From contig SLOW01000286.1 in the NCBI GenBank assembly GCA_007132315.1, forward strand, positions 1-37,315: 37,315 nt of DNA, written 5' to 3'. Both the position numbers and the translations under genes were made by a program. Numbering within the stretch: position 1 is the stretch's first letter; each line of letters begins with the position of its first letter. Below, one piece after another: positions 16,341 through 23,881 of the stretch. The notes beneath the pieces are model-generated. The model did no database searches. It had not been told where the DNA came from and saw nothing but the letters and a program-made list of their open reading frames with translations. The DNA comes from Opitutales bacterium. GTDB lineage: Bacteria; Verrucomicrobiota; Verrucomicrobiia; Opitutales; T3Sed10-336.

Positions 16341-17189
16341 ATGAAAAAATCTATTAACATCTGGTCTTTCTGTGGTCCTTGGACTCTGGACGAAACATTT
16401 GCCCTGGCTGCCAAGGCGGGCTTTGCCGGTATTGAGCCTGAACTGACGGAAGACGGTCCGATCGGCATGAAGACAGCCGATGAAGACCTTCGCCAGGTCA
16501 ATGTTCTGGCTGAAAAGTATGGTTTGGAGCTGACCGGGCTCGCGACCGGTCTTTACTGGGGTGCCAACGGTGCCAGCGGTGATCCCTCCATTCGGAAAAA
16601 GGCCGCCGCGATCCTCGAGCGGCAAATCCATTGCGCTAAAGTACTTGGCATCGACGCTATCCTCGTCGTGCCCGGGACTGTAGGCGCGGATTTTATCCCC
16701 GATTGCGAGGTCGTGCCTTATGCGGATGTCTCGAAACGCGCCACGGCTTTGATTAAAGACGCGCTCCCCTTGTCAACCGAGGCCGGGGTGACGATCTGCG
16801 TGGAAAACGTTTGGAACAAGTTTCTCCTCAGCCCATTGGAGATGAAGCAGTTCGTCGAACAATTCAAAAGCCCGCAGGTAGGGGTTTATTTTGACGTCGG
16901 CAACACCCTCGCCACCTCTTACCCGGAGCACTGGATTGCCATCCTCGGCAAGCATATCCAGCGCGTCCACTTTAAAGATTATCGGCGCAATGTGGGCACG
17001 GTCGATGGATTCTGCGAACTTTTGTCCGGCGATGTCGATTGGCCTGCGGTGGTGGATGCCCTCAAAGCCGTTGGCTATGATGGGTGGATTGCTCCGGAAA
17101 TGATCCCCCCTGTGCCTTTCTACAAACACCACCCCGAGGTGCTGATCGAAAATACTAAACGTGCGCTGGATGCCATTCTCGACCCGTGA
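16341..17189 (+). CDS. xylose-isomerase-like TIM-barrel protein (sugar phosphate isomerase/epimerase family)
   Basis: ATG 16341 (MKKSINIWSF) lies 29 nt after the GFO stop. The ORF-track start at 16008 would overlap the GFO gene. Typical blocks: AGFAGIEPEL, ICVENVWNKFL, YFDVGN, VHFKDY. Confidence 0.8.
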   Translation: MKKSINIWSFCGPWTLDETFALAAKAGFAGIEPELTEDGPIGMKTADEDLRQVNVLAEKYGLELTGLATGLYWGANGASGDPSIRKKAAAILERQIHCAKVLGIDAILVVPGTVGADFIPDCEVVPYADVSKRATALIKDALPLSTEAGVTICVENVWNKFLLSPLEMKQFVEQFKSPQVGVYFDVGNTLATSYPEHWIAILGKHIQRVHFKDYRRNVGTVDGFCELLSGDVDWPAVVDALKAVGYDGWIAPEMIPPVPFYKHHPEVLIENTKRALDAILDP

Positions 17190-17223
17190 AGGCACTTCCA
17201 AAAGCATAGATTTGTTGAGAAAG

Positions 17224-17355
17224 CCCTGATGTTGCAAACGTGTTCTGGCAAACTCCATTTATTGTGAGGTTTTGAAAATTGCCCAAAATATTCAAAACCT
17301 ACGGGAAAAAAGCATCTTATATACCGTTTGCCAGAACACGTTTGCAACGTTAGGG
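17224..17355. repeat. compound inverted repeat / long hairpin (23-bp perfect outer stem, nested 10-bp stem)
   Basis: GTTGCAAACGTGTTCTGGCAAAC (17231-17253) is the exact reverse complement of 17326-17348. The stem extends to ~30 bp with G-U pairs (17224-17230 with 17349-17355). A nested stem pairs AGGTTTTGAA (17267-17276) with TTCAAAACCT (17291-17300). The element begins 35 nt after the TIM-barrel stop. Confidence 0.8.
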
Positions 17356-17510
17356 AAAGTCCTTCACCCGTGAACGGCACTATTGTGTTCGTGAGTTTAG
17401 GGGGATCGTTTTTTTGATCTTTTCTGCGCGGTGAAAATTGAAGCGGTTGCTGAGTTTCCCGGTACGATGGCGGAACCGGAGAGTTGTTCCTGGGGTGCGG
17501 ATGCGGCATG

Positions 17511-17540
17511 CCGCGTCCGTTCTCGGAACGCGGTTGTTTT
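17511..17540 (+). terminator. candidate intrinsic terminator
   Basis: CCGCGT..ACGCGG forms a stem (17511-17533) and is followed by TTGTTTT (17534-17540). The stem is weak and was judged by eye only. Confidence 0.25.
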
Positions 17541-18016
17541 CATGCGCGGCTCGAAGGCCGATCTTCAGCAGAGTAATATTTCGAATCTGGCGGATCATCG
17601 GTATGTCTTGTCTGGATATTTGTCATCGAGACGTCCGGAATGGTCAGCCTGGACGGGGTTGGGTGCCACTGAAGACGGGCGAGACGTTGCTGGTGCTTCC
17701 ATGCCAGTTTCATCATTTTGTGGACTTTTTGACTATACAGAGCTGGCATGGGCACTGATTCAATGACGAAAATTCTTATCGGTGCCCATCTGGGGGGTCC
17801 GTGGTTGAATCGATACGGTTTAGAGGCTTCGGCAAGGAAGATAGGGCAACGAATGATGTGGTATTTCCGATTGTCTATTATGTATTCCCGGTTCCTGGTT
17901 TTTTCTCTGCCCGGGATTCGTGGTTAAAGGTCGATTCTTGGTTCGGGGTCATCCCGCACGGCGGGGTGCTACGGTCGAGTGCCTGAACCGCGTAGCAGTC
18001 TCATTAGCATCGGATT

Positions 18017-18874
18017 TCATGGCGGGACCGCCGCGGGAAGAATTTCGGTGATTGATGCGGAGAATTCCTCCAGGATAGTCGCGGCGAAACGTTGAGGGCT
18101 GAGGTGCGAATCGTTGACCAGTGAACCGAGGTCGATAGCGTAGGAGAGGCGTTCGACGTTGTCGATGGAGTACGCGTCGAGGAAGGTGGCGTTCGCCAAA
18201 CGGCGTCCCTCGACGGCAGCGTCGTAGCGCTTTCCACCGGTAATTTGGGAATCAAATACGCCGCTCAATGCCGCCGCGAGATTCGGATGAGCGCTGACGT
18301 CGTGAAGCACCTTGCGTTGTTCGGGAAGCCAGTCGAGGCCGCGCCAGACTTCACAGCCGTAGACGTGCCGGGGTTGAAGCGTTTTCGGGAGCCTTCGAAG
18401 CGCTTCAAGTGCGGCAAGAAAAACGCCGACGTGGGTTGCGTGCTTGTCGAAGGGGTTATGGGTGTATACCACCTCAGGTCGCGCTTCTCGCAGGATGGTT
18501 TCGATATCATCGACCATCAGGCTGCGTTGCTCCGCGTTCTTGGCTACGGCACTCGGGTGAGCGAGTTGAGTGATAAAGGCGTACTGCCCAAGGGTTGCGG
18601 CTGTTTTTTGTTCTTCGGAACGGATCGCCTTCATCTCTTCGTCCGTGCAGTCAACGTAAGGGCCGGTGCGGGCACTGCCGGCTCCATCCACGCAGGTGAT
18701 GCCGCCAAACCAGCGGTCCCGGCTCCGGAAGCATTCGAGGATGCCGTGGAGAGCCATGAATTCCAAGTCGTCCTGGTGGGCGCCGATTCCGAGATGAGTG
18801 GTGCGGGAGACCGAGCCTGGAGCAGGAGCGGTATCGGGAACAAAATGATTCTGCTGTAGGTGGGAGAGACGCAT
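18017..18874 (-). CDS. PIG-L/LmbE-family N-acetylglucosaminyl deacetylase
   Basis: LGIGAHQDDLEFMALHG is a variant of the AHPDD motif. THNPFDKHATHVG is an HxDH-like second metal motif. The start lies 3 nt from the stop of the upstream kinase gene. Confidence 0.75.
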   Translation of the reverse strand: MRLSHLQQNHFVPDTAPAPGSVSRTTHLGIGAHQDDLEFMALHGILECFRSRDRWFGGITCVDGAGSARTGPYVDCTDEEMKAIRSEEQKTAATLGQYAFITQLAHPSAVAKNAEQRSLMVDDIETILREARPEVVYTHNPFDKHATHVGVFLAALEALRRLPKTLQPRHVYGCEVWRGLDWLPEQRKVLHDVSAHPNLAAALSGVFDSQITGGKRYDAAVEGRRLANATFLDAYSIDNVERLSYAIDLGSLVNDSHLSPQRFAATILEEFSASITEILPAAVPP

Positions 18875-18877
18875 TGT

Positions 18878-20287
18878 TCAAACTTTCTGCTGAATTTGGG
18901 GCAGGCTGGCGGCGGCGATCGCCTGACCGTGCCGCTTGATCTTTTCGTCAGGGATGTGAAAGGCGATGTTTTCCGACAGTTCGGGGAATTCGGCTTCAAG
19001 TACCGCTCGCGCTTCTTTAAGGATGCGGTCGCCTCCCGTGCCCGAGCTAACGCGGCCCAAAAAGAGGAGATTGCGGAAGTCGTAGAAATTCGCGTAGTGC
19101 GCGAGTGCGTGGCCGAAACAGGTTCCGATAGTCGAATAGACCGCGGCGGCGCGCTCGTCGCCCTGACTCATTTTATCTTGCAGAACCTCCAATTGTTCCG
19201 GCAGAGCGCACTGAGGATCGAATTGAATGCCGGACTCCGGCAAGAGGCGACCGACTCCCTGTTGAGAAAAATACTGTACGCCGCAACCGCGGTCACCGCT
19301 CCATTCGTCGATCGGAGCGTCTGTTCGATAATCAATCGGTGCGAAGGCCAGCTCATTGAGCCAACCAGTAATGTGGCCGTGCGGGTCAACGTAGCCCGCC
19401 GCGAGGCTGGTACCCATGGAAATGCCGAGGATCGCCCCTTGATTGATCGCGTGAGCGCCGACAAGAGCGGTGACGTCGCCGTCGTTGACGATCTCGAAAG
19501 GGATGTCATTCCATTCGCTTTGTAACTCTTGGAACAGCCCCCGAATGGAGCGGTCGAAATCCTCCTGGTTCAGTCCGCGAAAGAGCGATGAAACGCGTGG
19601 CTCGTTATCGATATAAATGCCGGCCGCGCTGCCGCCGATCGCGTCCACTCGGGGCAGGTGGCGGGCGGCGCGTTGAAGGGTGTCGCGGATGCCCGCGCGA
19701 TGATATTCCGGATCGGTTTCAAAGTACGGGTTCCACTTTACCTCCTCGGAGAAGACGAGTTTTCCGTCAATCAATGCGGCGCATTTGCGATCGCTTCCGC
19801 CAAGGTCGAAGCCGATGCGACAGCCATAGAGATGACGCTCTATGTTGGGAGGCGGTTTGCTGGTTGCGGGGTCTGCGATGGGTGGGGCTTCTGTTTCTTG
19901 TTCTACGAAAAAAGGCTCTCGGAAGCAGGTGTCGCCCAAAAAAGCTTCGTCGAAGGCACGGCTACCCGATCGGTGATAGGTTCGGCGCAGTTTCGCCGCG
20001 ATTTCCGGCGCGCCCGCGATGGTGACGCGGTTTCCGCCCCAGGCCCAGAGAAGCGTTTTGACGAGGCGTTCGCTGTAGCGTGCGTTTAATTCCCGGAACA
20101 TCGCTTCGTCGGGCAAAAGTCGGGTGGGAAAGGACCACGCGGATCCGTCCGGGCGGTGGATGGTGAAATGGGTCGGCCGTGTGCCTCGGTGGCTTTCCGT
20201 CATGGAACGGTAGCCGCGATTCCAAAGCGATGCGGGCAGGAACCCCGGGTCGAGTTCAGGGCGAATGAGTGGACCTATCTTGAGCAT
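18878..20287 (-). CDS. ROK-like/ASKHA sugar kinase with ~150-aa N-terminal extension (putative GlcN/GlcNAc kinase)
   Basis: ASKHA phosphate motifs are RIGFDLGGSDRK, VNDGDVTAL and GISMGTSLAAGYV. The classical ROK Cys-rich zinc motif is not seen. The gene sits between nagB-II and the deacetylase with 3-nt gaps. Confidence 0.65.
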   Translation of the reverse strand: MLKIGPLIRPELDPGFLPASLWNRGYRSMTESHRGTRPTHFTIHRPDGSAWSFPTRLLPDEAMFRELNARYSERLVKTLLWAWGGNRVTIAGAPEIAAKLRRTYHRSGSRAFDEAFLGDTCFREPFFVEQETEAPPIADPATSKPPPNIERHLYGCRIGFDLGGSDRKCAALIDGKLVFSEEVKWNPYFETDPEYHRAGIRDTLQRAARHLPRVDAIGGSAAGIYIDNEPRVSSLFRGLNQEDFDRSIRGLFQELQSEWNDIPFEIVNDGDVTALVGAHAINQGAILGISMGTSLAAGYVDPHGHITGWLNELAFAPIDYRTDAPIDEWSGDRGCGVQYFSQQGVGRLLPESGIQFDPQCALPEQLEVLQDKMSQGDERAAAVYSTIGTCFGHALAHYANFYDFRNLLFLGRVSSGTGGDRILKEARAVLEAEFPELSENIAFHIPDEKIKRHGQAIAAASLPQIQQKV

Positions 20288-20290
20288 GGG

Positions 20291-22237
20291 TTATCGGTTA
20301 ATGTCCAATCGTTTGAAGGCCTCGATGGCCTCGTATTCGGCGAGACCGAGAGCGTCATAGGCGGAGGCGGTGGCGCGGTTGAACTTGCTGGCCAGGTTCC
20401 AGGTATTGCCGTCACCATCCTTGCCGAGATTCGGTGACTGATTTCGCTGGGTTTGGTGCTGGTAAATTCCTTGAATCTTGTTTTCAAACTCGTCGGGCGA
20501 GAGCGGGACGGCCATGTCGATTTCATGGGTTTCCCATTCCATTCCCGGTCCCCGGTAGAGCCAGATGTGGCAATCGTTTACCCACGGTTCGGATTGGCTG
20601 GCGGCTAGAGCGCTCCGGAGAATCTCGAAGCAAAGGCCCGGAACGGAGAGAGGATCGTTTCCGAAACCGGTGGCAAAGATCTGGTGGGGGCGGATTTCGC
20701 GCAGAAGTTCAATCAGGCGTTCCACGTCGCTCTCGTCGGGTTGGAAGCTGCGGTAGCGGCCGTTCTCGTAAAAGGGGAGGTCGAGAAAACGGAGTCGCTT
20801 CGAATCGGTGTCGAGGAGGCGGGCTGACGAGCGGCTTTCGGTTCTCCGGATTAATCCTTTTAATTGTCGGATCTCGGCGGGGTCATCACCGAAATCTCCT
20901 TTCTCCCTGAGCTTGCGATCCAGCAGCCGGGCGAATTTCAGGTCATCCGCTGATTCCCGTTTTTCGCCCAATTCGAGCATTAGTTCAATTACGCGCCGGG
21001 CCTCACTGTCTGGCACGGCAAGGTTTCCGGAGGTTAAGTAGGCGACGGTCACATCGTTATTCTGATTGACCAGTCGGTGCAGCGTTCCGCCCATGCAGTA
21101 AATGTCGTCCAAGGGCTCGGGGCTGAGGATCAATGAACGTTTCGGAAACGGTTTTGCTCGTTCCGGGCGATGGCTGTCATCCGCGTTGGGTTTTCCTCCT
21201 GGCCATCCCGTGATGGTGTGCTGAGCGGTATTGAACATCTCGATATTAAGTTCGTAAGCGGAACCTTTTTCGGTCAACAGATCGGCCATACCATTTTCCG
21301 AATAATCCTCTTCGATCAGTTTCAGCAGAGGTTTTCCAGTTTTGCGGGAAAGCCAGAGTACGGCTTTCCGAATCATGGCCGGGCTCCACTCGACCATGCC
21401 GACCAGCCAGGGGTGACGAACGCGTGTCAAATGGCTCGCGGCGGCTTCGTCGATACAAAAGACGCAGTCTGGATGTTTCTGCAGGAAGCTGGCCGGGATC
21501 GCCTCTGTTTGCTGCCCCTCGACCGCTTGGGCGATGACTTCAGCTTTCGCTTCGCCCCAGGCGAGAAGAAAAATCTTGCGGGCGTTGAGGATTGTGGCGA
21601 CACCCATAGTGATCGCGTGGCGGGGAACATTTTTCTCTCCGAGGAAATCCCGGGCCGCATCCCTTCGCGTCAGGCTATCGAGAGTTATCAGCCGGGTGCG
21701 TGAATCCGGCGTGGAGCCGGGTTCGTTAAAACCGATGTGTCCAGTTCGTCCTATTCCGAGGATCTGGATGTCGATTCCGCCGGCTTCGGTGATTGCTTCT
21801 TCATAGGCGTGGCAGGAAGCGAGCACGTCTTCACGAGGTACGTCGCCGTCGGGCAGGTGGCAGTTTTCCGGTTTCAAATCGACCAGATTGAAAAGCTGCT
21901 CCTGCATGAAGCGCCGGTAGCTTTGCGGATGCTCGGGGATGAGCCCGTAATATTCGTCGAGATTGAAGATGATGACGTTTGCGAACGAGAGGCCTTCTTC
22001 GCGATGGCGCCGGATCAATTCCCGATAAAGCCGGACGGGAGTGGATCCGGTGGCCAGGCCAAGGACGGCCGGCTTTCCGGCGGCTTTTCGTGCCGTGATC
22101 AGTTCGCAGATAGCGTCCGCGACCCGGGCGCAAGCCTGGTCCGAGGAGGTGTAAATTGTGGTCGGAATATGTTCGCGCTGGGCGAATTCGAGATTCAAGA
22201 CCTGACGCATTTTGACAGTATGACAGATGCAACGCAT
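20291..22237 (-). CDS. nagB: long-form glucosamine-6-phosphate deaminase (NagB-II: NagB domain plus C-terminal LmbE-like domain)
   Basis: NagB blocks are LGLATGSTP, FNLDEYYGL and ILGIGRTGHIGFNEPGS. The C-terminal ~280 aa are LmbE-like but carry SPEPLDD in place of (A/P)HPDD. An alternative start is ATG 22210 (MRQVLNLEF). Confidence 0.8.
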   Translation of the reverse strand: MRCICHTVKMRQVLNLEFAQREHIPTTIYTSSDQACARVADAICELITARKAAGKPAVLGLATGSTPVRLYRELIRRHREEGLSFANVIIFNLDEYYGLIPEHPQSYRRFMQEQLFNLVDLKPENCHLPDGDVPREDVLASCHAYEEAITEAGGIDIQILGIGRTGHIGFNEPGSTPDSRTRLITLDSLTRRDAARDFLGEKNVPRHAITMGVATILNARKIFLLAWGEAKAEVIAQAVEGQQTEAIPASFLQKHPDCVFCIDEAAASHLTRVRHPWLVGMVEWSPAMIRKAVLWLSRKTGKPLLKLIEEDYSENGMADLLTEKGSAYELNIEMFNTAQHTITGWPGGKPNADDSHRPERAKPFPKRSLILSPEPLDDIYCMGGTLHRLVNQNNDVTVAYLTSGNLAVPDSEARRVIELMLELGEKRESADDLKFARLLDRKLREKGDFGDDPAEIRQLKGLIRRTESRSSARLLDTDSKRLRFLDLPFYENGRYRSFQPDESDVERLIELLREIRPHQIFATGFGNDPLSVPGLCFEILRSALAASQSEPWVNDCHIWLYRGPGMEWETHEIDMAVPLSPDEFENKIQGIYQHQTQRNQSPNLGKDGDGNTWNLASKFNRATASAYDALGLAEYEAIEAFKRLDINR

Positions 22238-22254
22238 CGTGTCCTTGACTTTAT

Positions 22255-22516
22255 CGGACTAAGTTTTGATGTTTTCGGCACTCCGCGTAACATCAGTGTT
22301 CGCCGTTATAAAGCGAAAATCCAATCGCACCGCGCCCTTGTTAGTTCCTAGTTTCTGAAATCTTACGCAAGACTCGCAGGATTATTTTCACGCGTCACCG
22401 GAAACATCTGCCCATCGGATTCGGTGCGCCCGGATATGACCGGTGTTGAGACCTATTGTGATTTCAAACGGACGCCGTCCACCCCGTCGATCGGCCTTGA
22501 CCGAATGCCATTCGAT
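22255..22516 (+). pseudogene. decayed 5' fragment of a Gfo/Idh/MocA oxidoreductase paralog
   Basis: nt 22391-22472 align without gaps to nt 24872-24953 of the fusion gene, with 69/82 identical by hand. The fragment reads LFSRVTGNICPSDSVRPDMTGVETYCDFKR against the fusion's DFSNVTGNIGSSDPVRLDMAGVEAYRDFER. Weaker similarity with stops and frameshifts extends upstream. The fragment ends at the rapZ 3' end. Confidence 0.6.
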
Positions 22517-23392
22517 CTAGCCTTTTGCAGAGTAAAAACGCAAATGTTGATGGTGGGCGGTGACGCGATGGGGCTGGTCCTGCAGCCGTTCGGCCAGCGC
22601 TTCGGTGAGAAAGACCGAGCGATGTTTACCGCCCGTGCAACCAATCCCGATGGAAAGGTAGCTCTTTCCCTCATTGGCATATTCGGGGATCAAAAACCGC
22701 AAATACTCGGTGGTTTTATCTACAAAGGCAGCGGTGCGCGAATCACTGAGAATGTAGTTCTGAATGGGCTTATCGAGGCCGGTTAAATCACGCAATTCAG
22801 AGACGAAGTGCGGGTTATGCAAAAAGCGAACATCGAACAATAAGTCACAGTTAGGTGGAATGCCGTATTTAAACCCAAAGGAGGTGATTTGGATTTGCAT
22901 TCCCGCGGGACTGGTTCCGGAAAACTGATCGTTGATGCGTTGTTTAAGGTCATGAACCGTCATATCCGACGAATCAATGATCGTCGTGACGAGGTCTTTG
23001 AGATCACGTAAAAGCCGGCGTTCACGGACGATGCCTTCGGCTACGCTTTGGGTTGAAAGCGGATGTTTGCGGCGTGTCTCCGAAAAGCGCCGGGTCAGGG
23101 CATCGTCACTGGCCTCGATATACAGAATCTCGGCCTTTGGAAAATCGCGTAGCACTTGTCGAAACGCGTCCGGGTAGTGTTTAACGAAAGCGCTGTCTCG
23201 CAAATCCATGACAATGGCGATCTTCTGAATATCGGAAGGGCCGGCCAAAAAGAGCTGGGTGAGTTTCTCTAGCAACTGAATCGGCAAATTATCAATGGCA
23301 TAGAACCCTAAATCTTCGAGGGCGTTCAAGGCCGTGGATTTGCCTGACCCGGACAGCCCGGATACGATGACAAACTGATTGATCATACACAT
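22517..23392 (-). CDS. rapZ: RapZ/YvcJ-family P-loop RNase-adapter protein
   Basis: MCMINQFVIVSGLSGSGKSTALNALEDLGFYAIDNLP contains the Walker A. The C-terminal block is IGCTGGKHRSV. The start is taken at ATG 23392 or 23386, because the 372-aa ORF-track version adds a low-complexity N-extension. Confidence 0.8.
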   Translation of the reverse strand: MCMINQFVIVSGLSGSGKSTALNALEDLGFYAIDNLPIQLLEKLTQLFLAGPSDIQKIAIVMDLRDSAFVKHYPDAFRQVLRDFPKAEILYIEASDDALTRRFSETRRKHPLSTQSVAEGIVRERRLLRDLKDLVTTIIDSSDMTVHDLKQRINDQFSGTSPAGMQIQITSFGFKYGIPPNCDLLFDVRFLHNPHFVSELRDLTGLDKPIQNYILSDSRTAAFVDKTTEYLRFLIPEYANEGKSYLSIGIGCTGGKHRSVFLTEALAERLQDQPHRVTAHHQHLRFYSAKG

Positions 23393-23881
23393 CGACCTCG
23401 GCGGCAATACCGACCGAGCGCCTGATAGGAAATGGCTTGTGGCCCTCCGAGACGTCGGCTCGGAGTTTGAAGCTGCAAGCGGGCTTTTCCCATACCGGAT
23501 ACTGGCATCTCGGGCTTTGAGGGTCAATCCATTCCGCCTTCCGGAATTGTCCTGTCTCTGGCCTCGGCTTCTCAGAACGCCGCGGGAGAATGTCATTGAG
23601 GAGGCGTCGAGGCTTGGGGTCCGCGGGGTGGACATTTTACACCGTCAAATGGAGTGTGATGATTTGACCTATATTCGCGCCCTTGCCCGGATGAAGGAGT
23701 CGCATCTGTTAAGCAGGGAGCGAATCGCTGAACTGAGTGGGCGCCCGAATATTGCCGAAAAAAGCAAAAAACTCTCCGATAATGTCAAAGCAATGGCTTC
23801 TTGAACCTGTTATGCTGGCGGGCATAAGCTTTCGGTTTTCTTAGCTGCTAATAAGCTAACCAATACGTAATTCAATTTCGC

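Noticed and set aside
17353-17362. GGGAAAGTCC resembling the conserved GGAAAGTCC core of RNase P RNA
   Set aside because: The other universally conserved RNase P elements, such as the ACAGAA.CCGGCTTA-type P4 partner and GGTAA/GNRA modules, are not found nearby. The motif is part of the flank of the long inverted repeat.
22424-22786. 120-aa plus-strand ORF
   Set aside because: Its first ~30 codons belong to the decayed GFO fragment. The rest is antisense to the well-supported rapZ gene.
23393-23635. 81-aa N-terminal extension of rapZ in the ORF track
   Set aside because: It is low-complexity Ser/Arg-rich sequence. RapZ/YvcJ proteins start just before the Walker A, as with ATG 23392 or 23386.
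23649-23804. 51-codon plus-strand ORF (MECDDLTYIRALARMKESHLL...) in the rapZ / fusion-gene intergenic region
   Set aside because: It has no recognisable motif, no obvious ribosome-binding signal and no support beyond being open. It is left unannotated.
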